The notes under the pieces: model-generated
What the model was told of the DNA's origin: nothing
What the model saw: only the letters and a program-made list of their open reading frames with translations
Databases searched by the model: none
Assembly: GCA_001655205.1 (NCBI GenBank)
Contig: LPNZ01008691.1
Location: 1 to 37,211 of the forward strand
DNA from: Lenisia limosa
Lineage: Eukaryota > Protista > Breviatea
Direction of reading: 5' to 3'
Length of the DNA stretch: 37,211 nt
Position numbers and translations under genes: made by a program
In this document: in pieces, positions 10,502-22,500 of the stretch
Numbering within the stretch: position 1 is the first letter of the stretch
How the letters are laid out: the number at the start of each line of letters is the position of its first letter

Positions 10502-13500
10502 ATGGCGTCATACTGTCTTGAATACACTCTTTGCGGTCCCTCGCCTTTGGCACACAGTGCCGTGTGGTGTCCAACAACGGGTTTAGCAGTCTTCGCATCA
10601 GGTTGGTGAAGGTGATTTTTTTGTTCTTATGTTTGCCTAATAGGGCATCTGGTGGCACTGTCTTCCCCCCATGCCGAAACGCATCACTCGTCCATCATTG
10701 CCACCCTTCCCCACGGGTCTTCTCGAGTGAACAGTCTCACGGCGGTCAATCATATCAAGTTGGGTTTGGCTGTGGGTTCTATGTTTTGAGAAATTACTTT
10801 TTTTTGAAGGTAAAAAGGAGTCAGCTGTCCAGAAAAGCCACTGGACTTATCTTGCAAAAGTATATGACACCAACAGTCTAACAAAGCGTCATGAGTGTTT
10901 TGTATAAAAAAAAAAAAGTGTTATTGACGTCTTCATTCTTTCAACCTATGCTCATGATCAGGGCATGCTGGGATAACAGTGCACCACTGCATATGGCGTC
11001 CCCCCGCATGGGGGAGATTATTTCATGTGGTGCTGAAGGAGAAATCAAGGTAGGGATTCCATCATGCGATATTTAGCTTTTTTAAAAAATTCCATATCTG
11101 AAAGTATCACTTAATCTTCTTAATCTGAAGTGTCAATACATCTTATTAATGTTGAAGAGAAGCGCGATCCCTTGACCCCGTAGGTTTGGAGTGGATCGGG
11201 CAGCGAATGGACCTTGCGCCAAGTCATCGAAGCCAAGTCTGAGATGGGCCATTCTTCAAGCATTACAGACGTTGCAGGATGTATTGATGATGGTGGGATG
11301 AACGCGCAAGGTTTAGTTTGAACGTGTTTTTCTACACGTCTTTTTGACGCAATCTTTGTGAATTAAGCACATCTAATTCAATATTCAGATGGTCAAAGGT
11401 GGATTGTGACTGCTGGGCTCTCAGGAGATGTTAAAGTTGGCCTCTTTACATAAGACATTTATATCATTTCATATCCGTATTTCTTAATAAGATCAATTGT
11501 TTGGATCATTTTCAAAGTCATATGTACCCTATAGTTGGTACTAATAAGTCAAATGCGTTTTTCATTATTGAAATCTCTTGTTGTGTTTATACATCTCAAC
11601 ATTTAGTAAAAGCATATCATATTTACTCTGTTCAACACACGAGCTACTCTGCGACATTGTATCTCTTGTTTTCTTTTTACAAAATTGACCTGTCAAGGTT
11701 TGCGTAGCTGCTGCTGATGGAAACTATAAACTGGTTCAGTCGGTGAAAGTACCCAAATCTAGGTCTGGTTTATGGAAGGTCCTTATTTGGCTATTCTAGT
11801 GAACCATCAATGCTAGGTTTTACTGATGAACACTACCTTGACTTTCTGCAGTGTTGTTGCAGTTTCAATTGTGGCTGTTGACGACTCCATTGTCATTCCT
11901 GTTTCCTTAAGCACTAGCAAAGTAGGATAGCGGACTGGGGCGTGGAAAACAGAATAGAAATAATCGAGTGATTCATTAAAAATATGCAAAACTATCATAA
12001 CCCATCCAGGTGCTGCTGTACTCATGTCCCCGAAACAACGCAGAAGCATTAACCGTAACTTGCCCTCTGACTGGCTTTCCGGACTGGGTGCGGACTATGA
12101 AGTGGGCTGTGCTATTGTCTTAGATGTTGAGGTTGAAATAGGTCTCACTTCGGGCCAAAAAAGGGGGCGTTATTGATTGGAAAGGAAGTCCCCATCTTTT
12201 ATCTTCATATATTATTAGTATACCCTTGGTTAAAGGCTCAAGATTGAATGAACTAGCTATACCTCTTTTTGAAAGTAGTGTTTGAACTGAATTGGAGAGA
12301 GCCTCACCCCTTAGATTTGCCGAAATTGATGGAGTGCTGACTCTCGCCATGGCTTGCCAGGTTTGCTACCACAATATCTTATTAATGGTGTAATGATGTA
12401 CAGGATTAGCCTGATTCTACACTTTGTCGTTTTTTTACATGAAATTATATTTGGATTCCTTAGCGTGATTTACTCTGTACTTTAGGATTGTCTGATACTT
12501 TTCTTTGTTTGCTCAAACAGTGTTTTTGTTTTTATAAGTGTCCCTTCAATACCTCCCCTCCCCTCCCACCTCTAACATATTTGACGCTTTATTCAGGATA
12601 ATGTTGCCCGTATCTTCAAGTTACTCCGGACAAAGCAAGTGAGTCAAAAAGAGAGAAGGCTTACAAAACGACACAGTTATGATGATTAAAAAGAGTCCAA
12701 CTCATACAATAGGGATTGTGATGTCACATGTAGTTTCTTGGAATTTTCTTGCGTTGAAATCACTAGAGTTGTTGCTTTTTTTTACCAGTTAGGCTAGCGA
12801 GCTGCAAGACGTGACAGACGCGTTGGGTGATGCAGAAAGCGTGGCGCTTTCAAGCTTCAGTCTGGCTATGAAGACGGCTACTGGAACGGGTTCGTTATTG
12901 CCATTTATTTCACAATTATTCTCACATTGATTCCGCCTTGTGTTTAACTCAGCGCTATTTCTTTCTATCTAATGATCTGTTTCGTTTTCTGAGTGTTCAG
13001 GTCTTCAAATAGTTCTGGACGCGGTTCTTGTTGGTCCCGAGGATTGGGTTCATGATGTGGGTTATGAGGGTGACTAATGACTGGGTTATTCCGTGTAAAT
13101 TTCGAATACTCTCAAGCTGCTTTTACCAAAGTAAAGCTGTTTTGTATCCTCTCTCAATTAGATCCTTATCCTCCAGGTTGTCTGGAAGCCTCGCATCGCT
13201 GTTGACTCTTCTGAATGTTTGGGTGGTGTTTGTTTCAATTGGATATGAAAACAGCAAAGCTAACACCTTCGATTTTACAACAGCCTCTCATGAAGAAATA
13301 GTCACCTTAATGACCCCAAACAGCGCAACAGGAGGCCGTGCTCCTTCTAGCCTCGCTCGACCGTTCGCTCTCAATTTGGGCCCCGCAGGATGACGGTTGG
13401 GAGGAGTCTAGAGGTCTTCTTATTTTAGCTTCCTCCTTTAGCCACACCACGTTTTAGATCCGGTCATACCGTCACTCTTTAGGCATCTGGACCTCGGTCT

Positions 13501-16461
13501 CGTCTTTTGGTAACATTTCGGCGACAGCCCCTGTTTTTCACGCTTGCATGTGGTATGAGGAAGGGTCTGATGAAGTCGTCAAGGGGGTAGTATCTACTAA
13601 ATGTAATTACAGCCCCGTCACAACTTTTTGCGAGCCATATTCTCTTTAAGTGTTTCACTCTTAGGTCCCCTGATGGCCTTCATGTGTGGGGATTGTCATA
13701 TAACGGTGCCTACCATGGATGGACAAGAGAAGAGAAAGCAGTTTGCAAGGATTTCTTGAACCATGAAACTAATGGTCAGGGTTTGGACGGACCTTGGGAA
13801 GTCAGTGTCCCCCCAAGTGGACACTACAAATCCGTCGAGGATCTGGTGTGGATGGACAGCTTCCAAGAATCCGATGTTGACAGCTTTGGCTACTTAATGA
13901 CGTGCGGCGACACAACAACCAGAGCGTTTGCCCCTTGGAACCTTGCTGAGAAGTGTACTGGTCTGTGGGGTTTGAACAATCCAGAATATGGATTGAAGGG
14001 ATTGACATAACTTGAAGACTTAATCTGAAGATGGCTCTTTTTTTCTAAAAAGGTACTTATTTCGATGATGTCGAAATAGCATGAAGGATACTTTATATGC
14101 CATGCTGTTATTCTTTTTGTTGGGTTAACAGATGGCAGGGCTCTTTGAGGTTACGCGGCCTCAAATTCACGGTTACGACATGTCTTGCCTTGCACACATG
14201 GGGCCTACACAGTTCATCTCAGGTATGCTGGCTTGGGTTTCTTTGATTTCTCATCATAAATATCAAATTATTGTATTCAAATGTGTTCCAGAAGTCAATA
14301 CATTAGCCTTAGTATTTATCTTGAACATATATCTGATAATCCTAATTTTGTCTTCAGGATCTGCGGAGAAGTACGTTCGTGTTTTCCAAGCCCCCTTGAA
14401 AGTTGCCTCATCAATTGCCAAAATCTCAGACACTCAACAGGTGCTTTGGGAATGAAACTTTCTGGATCAAAAGCAGCTCGCTTATATCTTTAGCCGTCAG
14501 CGGAGAAGTGTTCGGCCAACATTGGAGCCACACAGCCTGCCCTGGGCCTTTCCAACCGCTCGATTGTGCAGGGTGCGGAGGACTCGTATCGAGTGGCTGA
14601 AATCGGCGTCGGACTTCAGAGTGTGGAAGATGTTGCCCCATTTGTTCCAATGGACACTTCTGTACCCCCCAGTGATCAGGATATAATTGCCAAATCCCTG
14701 TGGCCGGAAGTTGACAAGGTTTGACTTGATTGTTTTGACAGCTTCAGCTTTATAACCATGAATTTGACATTATGACGGTTGAGTCTTCGGGCTTCATGAA
14801 GTCTCAAAAAGATGGTTTGTTGTCCGATGCTGCAGAAGGCCGAGCACAGACAGTTCTCACTATTGCAGCGGCCAAGGTACTTCTATCCGCTTCTAAAGCT
14901 TCGGTCGCCCAACACGCCAACGTCATCTGTTGGTCCGCTTCGACCTTCAGACCTTTTGCAGCTCTGCAGCACCACAAACTCACTGTTGTTCAAATCGTGG
15001 CGTCACCTTGCGGCTCTCGAGTTGTGACATGTGGCCGAGATCGAACTTTTGCGATCTTCGACATTCCCTCCCCTCCCTCCGACGATTCTGCTCCCCTCAT
15101 CACTCTTCCAATTGTATGGTTTGAATTTGTTTGTTGGCGGAATTTGAAAGCGGTGTCCTTATTGCTTCAGAACTTATGATTGTGCGGGAGTGAAGAATTT
15201 ACACCCCCCCAGGTTAGGCCAGCGTTAGTCGGCACCGGGCACAAACGGATCATTTGGGCAGCTGCTTGGTCCCCAGATGGACAGGTTCGTAATATCTTCT
15301 CACGCACTCCTACCAGTCATGTTTTTAACCTCCCCCCATCCCGGGGTGGCAGTAACAAGATACACCCAGGTGATACATATATTCGTATTTTATCGATGGA
15401 TACAACAACAATCTGCAAGACAAACTAGGGCTTTTACTGGTTTAGTTTGTCGCCACAGCATCACGTGACAAGACTGTCAAGATTTGGAAGGTGTCCGAAG
15501 ACCTTCATGAAGTCGCAACGGTGATACGGAGCAAAATGGACTTTTGAACATCATTTTCATCCGGGGCCTTTTGGAAAATAAATATCTTGGCCAAAAAAAC
15601 AGATCTCTTCTTGCTTAACTTCTGCAGCTCTCCTTCCCCTCAGCGTGCACGGCTGTTGCCTGGACCACCGGACAGTTGGCTGTTGGCCTGGAGTCTGGGA
15701 CCATAATGGCGTTTTCTCCGGCGAACGATGAGGTTGGATGAGACACTGGAGAGGGGGGTCTGTGGATCAGAAGATGAGACAAAAACGCGCATGTCTTTTG
15801 CATTCCCTCACCCCTTGGCAGAACAGCGAGTGGCAGTCTCACGGTGCCACCTCTCATATTGATAGCCACTGTCAGTCAGTTAAAAGGCTTCGTTTCAAGG
15901 TTGGTGATTTCTCTATTGCAGAAAGCTTTGTACACATGAAGGCATATGATTCTTATTAGCGTGATATATGGATGGAGGCATCCCCCCCCCCCTCATGAAT
16001 CCCATCAGGATTAAAGAACATAATTTTTTTTTTATTTATGTTCTTTTATCCTGATGGAATTCATGAGGGGGGGGGGGGATNNNNNNNNNNNNNNNNNNNN
16101 NNNNNNNNNNNNNNNNNNNNNNNNNNNNNNNNNNNNNNNNNNNNNNNNNTTTTTATTTACTGTCGTAAAAGCAGTTTTTGGATAACGAATGTTTTGATTT
16201 TCATACTGACCAAAATCTTCATCAAAAAGTGAGATGACGTCACCGAAACTTGTTCGGATATCCGTGGCAATTTTGGATTGGCACCCTGCTTTAAAGAACC
16301 TCTTTATACGTCGCCATCTGATTATATCAGCTCATGACCAGCTTTTTTATTTGGTCACATTGCTGGATCTTCTATTGACGTTGTAGATGGTGAAAGGCCA
16401 GACTCTGCTCGCATCATGTTCTGCTGACAACTCGGTTCGAGTTTGGAAGGCTAATATCTGA
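10502..16461 (+). CDS. ELP2: Elongator complex protein 2 (WD40), multi-exon
   Basis: Elp2-specific motifs after splicing: DAVLVGPEDWVHDV, TRPQIHGYDM, SAEKYVRVFQAP, LWPEVDK/LYNHEFDI, HKLTVVQIVASPCGSRVVTCGRDRTFAIF, GHKRIIWAAAWSPDG, HCQSVKRLRF and LASCSADNSVRVWKANI* (TGA at 16459-16461). Confidence 0.95.
15980..16080. repeat. 101-bp foldback with poly-C/poly-G ends in the last ELP2 intron
   Basis: Left arm AT-C11-TCATGAATCCCATCAGGATTAAAGAACATAA (15980-16023) pairs with 16036-16080 ending G12-AT, with 2 mismatches, 1 nt of homopolymer difference and a 12-nt T-rich loop. A gap follows immediately. Confidence 0.8.
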
Positions 16462-16592
16462 CCCAATACACTCAATGAAACCCGGATGGAAGTCGGTATC
16501 ATACATCAACTTTTAAATGGTTCAACACTCGAACATTAACATAATGGAAACTAAATGAAACAAGAAACAAGAAAATCGTAGAAAAAAAAAGA

Positions 16593-19500
16593 CTAGAAAT
16601 CCGATTTAATGTGGTCCCAGTCTTGGATGGAAGCAAACTGTCTGAGACTTTCATTTCTCAAATCCGTGCTACTTTCGGCAGCCTGCTTGAACCGTCGAGC
16701 CAGAGCAACAACAGCTTGCTGCTGGGTTAAAGGAAATATGGCCATGAAACCCTAAGGCTATCGTATGATACGTTGACATGTGAAACAGCAAGCCAAAGAT
16801 GTGCCCCAACCTGGACTTGGACGAGGTTGGAGAGGATCGGTTCGGACGGCGGCGGCCCGGCTTCCAGAGACACCATGGCCTTCTCAACAAGCTCCCATCG
16901 GGCTGCAATGTTAACCGTCTGAGGTCCATATTATCAATGACCAGTGTTGATAGGTCAAAACACATAGGATATAAATGGGCAACTAGTCTGGAATCCTGTT
17001 TACCCACGGTTGGTTTTCTTCTTCATGAAAACGGTTCCGAAAGGCGACGACCCCGTCAGCGCTCCGAAAGCCTCAGCCGCCAGTCCGGACTTGCCGAAAG
17101 CGATCGAGTTGGAAGCAGGAGTCTGGGGGTGAGAACCACGGCTTTCTCTAAAGTAGTATTGTTATTACAAATCTGCATGCATTGCAGGAAACCAATACCT
17201 TGGGCTCTTGTGGGGCTTGTTGTACCGGTGCGGGGCTTGCCGGCATATAAACTGGGGAGTCTAGGCATATCAGAGGGACGTTCATTATGGAAATGAAAGC
17301 AGCAAAGAAGCAGGAAATTGCAGCAGCGAACTTTGCGAAGTTTGCGATTTGGCTGGGGAAGGCGAGGGGGAAACAAAGGAGGATGGCGATCCGTGTGTGG
17401 AAGACTACATTTATGAAAATAGTGACGAGAGGTTCACCGATGTATGGCTACAGGGAATCTAGTAGAAGTGTGAAAAAGGCTTCATGAATGGGTGGGGATC
17501 AATATTCAGTTATAAAACAAGCAACATACCTCTTTCTCAGCAAACGTTACGGACTCTGCGGTATTAGCCAGCCCTGAAGATGGAACTATAATCGTAAGGG
17601 AACCCCCTGGCCCCACCCGATCGATGATGGCACATAGAACAAAGATACCCCCCCCCCCCNNNNNNNNNNNNNNNNNNNNNNNNNNNNNNNNNNNNNNNNN
17701 NNNNNNNNNNNNNNNNNNNNNNNNNNNNNNNNNNNNGTGGTGAACTTTCTGAGTCAAAGATTTTGTCCTCTTGGCTGGGGCTTGGCGGGCTTTCCTTATT
17801 TGGAAGGTCAGATTCGGTCTCGGGGGCAGGACGGACGGGGCTAGGAGGGATCTGGAGTGGTTGAATGATGATTACAAAAGTGCAACTTTCAGAAGAACAT
17901 TGGCGATTTCACCCACTTTAGAAGGTGAAATTGGAGAATTCGAGGGAGGAGTACCAGGAAGTGCAATGTAAGCATCAACACCTGCAAATGTAAATGTTAG
18001 TAATGATAACAGGAAAATGCGGGACAAATGACTTTTTCTTTTACAGCTGCTGAATCTTTATCTAATACTTGTTATCGTTGTTGATGAAAAACATGTCCCG
18101 ACTCCCTTGGATGCCAAGTCCAACCTGCTGAGGGGGGTGGTGAGGAAGAGAGCGGTGGCTCTTCACTGTACACTGTCGAAGGCGTTGCTGCAATATTACG
18201 ATACGGCTGAATGCGAAGAAAGGCTCCACTATTTATGAAAGAGGAGATAACACAAGTATTGAAGCAATACACACTACCATTATATGAGTGTAAAAGTTGC
18301 CCCCATAAACCGAAAACTCACCCATATCAGCAAGTGGTTCAGCAGCTACAGGCTGCTCTTCTTCAAGAGTTGTGCTTTGAAGGGACTGCGTGAGAAGAGA
18401 CAACGATATCGGCTCGGAAGCCGTCTCGGAAGCCGTCTCGGAAGCCTCGTTTTGTTCTGACGGAGCCGGGGAGCTTTCTGCGGTTGGTGATGGTGAAGGA
18501 GGGAGGGGACACGCCAGGGCCTTCGGGTTAGCGACAATGAAGCCGGTGTTGACAATGCGTGCCGGGCTCTCAATAGTGTCAGCGTCCGGCGACTCCTCTG
18601 TGGACTGCTTCTGCGGCGTTTTGGCTGGAGGGCTCGGAGCACAGGACTTTTCCAATGCTTGAATACTTGCCTTAAATGGATTGGCCGATCCAAGGCTAGC
18701 AGCGCGAACACGTGGAGCAAATTTTGTGTCAATTGTCAAATGGCCGAGGTCCACGGTCCGGGCTCTGGCACGCTGTTCCACTATGGAATACGTCAGAGAG
18801 GCACTACGCGCACTTTGCGCAATGTTGGCGTGAGGCGTGAGCGGCGATGGTGTGAGGCCAATGAACGAGATCGGCTCCTCTGTGTTGACGGCCGGGATGG
18901 GGTTGACAAACGGGCTGTCAGGTGACATTAAATGGCGAAGTGAAACAAAACAAAGAATACACCAATCCCAAACACCCAATTCCCTTCAAGAAAACGCGTT
19001 TGTACTACATTTATAACCATACGCACATGAAGATAGAAAGTATAATACCCCAAAATGAATGTTCTTGGTTGCCAGCCAAGATGCCCACATTTCCGCATCA
19101 GTCAGTGTGAGGGGTTCGGACCCAAGATCAGCAAAGACATCCAACTGCGGCCGTCTGCTCTGTCGGCCACGGCGCCGCACCGGCGTCTTTGTTGTAGTCT
19201 GAGGAGTAAAATAGAAAATTAATGAAACAAAAAAGCTTGTGTGTGTNNNNNNNNNNNNNNNNNNNNNNNNNNNNNNNNNNNNNNNNNNNNNNNNNNNNNN
19301 NNNNNNNNNNNNNNNNNNNNNNNNNNNNNNNNNNNNNNNNNNNNNNNNNNNNNCGCGAGGCGTGGAGAATGTGCGTGATGGCCGCCTCAAATGTCGCCAA
19401 CGCATACCTACACAGTGAGTACAAAGGAAGCATTCATAAAAGTGAAGAGGACTGTGTCAGTTAAACAGAGTCTTGACATCATTTCTCATTTTTAAAACAA

Positions 19501-22500
19501 TAGTGAAGGGGTGAAGGTGCTACTCAGTTTTGAACTTATTGATAAAAAATAACACATCCAAACATGCTGAGTTTTTTTCGGACATAAGGAACCTATTAAT
19601 ATGTACATTCAGAGGTGAAATCCCACATACCCCTCCTGCCCGGTTCGGTCCTCGGAGGAACTGTAACGCAAAACATGTTCTGTGTACTACAACAATTAAT
19701 CCAGGGCCGATTCATCATGTGTGGAAATGCGATGTTCAAAGATTAATCACCAATAACAATAGATATTACACTAGGCTAGAGAAAGCTCTGGTCATATCAT
19801 AGATAATAATCTGAAGAACACAATGATCACCAGGCCAACATGGTGAGGGCTTGACAGGCAACTATGAAGGACAATGTACACAAAGCACGGTAAAATGACG
19901 TCCGCAGTAACGCTGACATCACCGTCTTTCGAGCTCTAATTGTTAGCACTGATAGGAAGGAACAAATAGCCCCCTTGGATGATAATAGACGATGGGTGGA
20001 ACTTAAAGCGGTGACCCCCCCCCCCCNNNNNNNNNNNNNNNNNNNNNNNNNNNNNNNNNNNNNNNNNNNNNNNNNNNNNNNNNNNNNNNNNNNNNNNNNN
20101 NNNNNGATGTGAGTGTGTCGTGAAAAACGCGTAGCATTTGCCATGGGGACTCTGCCTTGTTGAGACCTTCGAGAATCTGACTCGTAAGCGCGGTGATTGG
20201 GGTAACAGTCTGAAAAACAACATTGATATTTTAGACCCTTGAAGCCCCATTATAGATCAGTAATAATCACAGGAGCACTACATTGATATTATAACAAAGA
20301 AGGTAAAAGGGAAACACGTGTCCATGACGTTTTCAGAGATGTCATTGCATAAGGGCCAACCTTGATGCTCTCAGCGAACGGCATTTTCGAAGTGTTTGGC
20401 AGAACACCAAGCTCCTTATGGAAGAAAAGTGCCTGTTGGCAGTGATTAAGGGGTTTCAAGGAACATAAACCACAAACAGACAGAAACTTGAAAACACCGA
20501 CAGAACGATACTCCCAACTGCCAATTTTGGTTCCATAGAGTAATCGGAATAATCACATACCTCATTGACGTTGTTGAGCGTAAAAGGCTCAAGAATGTGA
20601 CTCGGAATTCCGATGACAGTGGGGGATAAACCGCGCATCCACGCAACCTTTGACAGTTAATTTGCTGAAAAATAGAATACTGCAATATTGAAATTGAGGT
20701 TACCTGTTTTCTGTGTTTTGCATCAGCCTCAAGGGCAGCGGGGGTGATGAGCCCGAAAGTTGTTGAATGAATGGCGGGGTGGATGAGACAGTTCACGAAT
20801 TCTCTGAGGCGATGCCGGATTTGGATAACCTGAAACCGTTAATTGGAGCAGGTTTTCGGTTCATTTAAGTCATCACTAATAGTATTTTGAAGTTGGGTGG
20901 GAGTAAAAGAGAGTGAGGGTGCATTTTTTTGAAAGAGTGGGAGAGGAGGCTGATTTATTTCGGATGAAATATATAAAGAAAAGCTATAGCAATGAGAAAT
21001 ACAAAATAAGGTAGTATCTGGCCGAAGCCGTCNNNNNNNNNNNNNNNNNNNNNNNNNNNNNNNNNNNNNNNNNNNNNNNNNNNNNNNNNNNNNNNNNNNN
21101 NNNNNNNNNNNNNNNNNNNNNNTGCGGATGCAGCGGTCGCCGTTGGTGGTGTGCAACCCCCTCGATTTGCTGAACAAGTTGATCCACGACATAGTCCACC
21201 GAGGCTACAACTTCCTCTGAAGTCACACCATCTGGTTCATTAGTGATGGTTAATAGTCAGGCGAACGCATCAATATCAGTTCACTGACTATTGATACAAA
21301 ATGCATTCACTCAATCATTTGAAAGCAATGAAAAAAAATATGATATATGATACTATGTGTACTATATATCGATATGTATATAATTAATACGTGTATATAT
21401 ACAGTATACTAACGTATTCATCAGCCTAACCCTCCACACCTATTCCCCTTTGGTTGATGACCGCAATGAAGTTCCGAATACGTTCACCGATACTTGCCTA
21501 ACACGTAAGTTGATGAAGAATTGTGAAGGTAATAGATCAATAAAGTCCAGGCCTAGAGTCTTATTGCTTGATGATTTTCTCACCTTTTCGCCATCATCCA
21601 TGATGATGGGGTTGAAAACTCTCTGAGCTTGTTCATGGTCGAACACGGGAGCTTGGACCAACTCCAGCAATCTAAGTACATTACAAAAGTATTCATGGTG
21701 CTTGGAGTGGCGTAAAAAGAGAACGGCCGTATGTAAAAGATTATGATAGTACATGATACGAACCCCAGAAGAGTTCCCCAACAAGGGTAGAGAAAAAGTA
21801 ACACGTACCTCAAGGAGCGGACAAACTTGCCAGCGTCAGCCATGCGGACCAAAATGGCCATTCGCCTCAAGAGGAGAAGAATCACGTTTTCCAATGAGTA
21901 GTGCATTCGTTTGTCCACTGCATGCAGCCCGTCAACAAGACGCGAAATGTGGTGCATCTGGAAGGTTATTCCATCATTAATGTATTATCTTTGCTTAAAA
22001 TAAAATCTGGGCTGTCAAAACAACAAATCTGGCAAAACAAACCTGCGCTCGAATGTCTATCAAGATACGGGCAAACGCTCTTTCCTGTCTCTGGGTTCCT
22101 AACGGTGCAAAGAGCTCCAAAAGTTGTCTAAATGGTGTCACTTTTACAGGATTGCAGTTGCAGTGTTCATTATAGCAGTACTATCACTATCACTATCACA
22201 TTTACGAATTGGCATTACGCAGCATCCAACTTCTCCTTTCAAAGGCAATGGTTACATTTCTTTATCTCCAGATTTGATATCACCCCCACCCCACCTGCAC
22301 TCGAGCGCATGGAGCAAAATACTCGTGGCCACGGGTCCCTGTGAGCTAGCTTTCGTAATCACATTCGCAACATCATTCTCCAAGTCCACTGAATGTCAGT
22401 TTCGGTTGGAGAAAGGAAAGAGAACAAACCATAATAGCAAAACTGTGGTTTTTATTGTATACATACATATCTATATATATCATGATACTATACTGTAACT

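Noticed and set aside
13144-13176. GTATCCTC...TCCTTATC as a U12 intron in ELP2
   Set aside because: It lies within the 3' part of an ordinary GT-AG intron that restores HDV-VWKPR.
16799-18925. Plus-strand ORFs such as 16799-17296, 18390-18662 and 18659-18925
   Set aside because: Antisense shadows of GC-richer exons of the minus-strand gene; no motifs.
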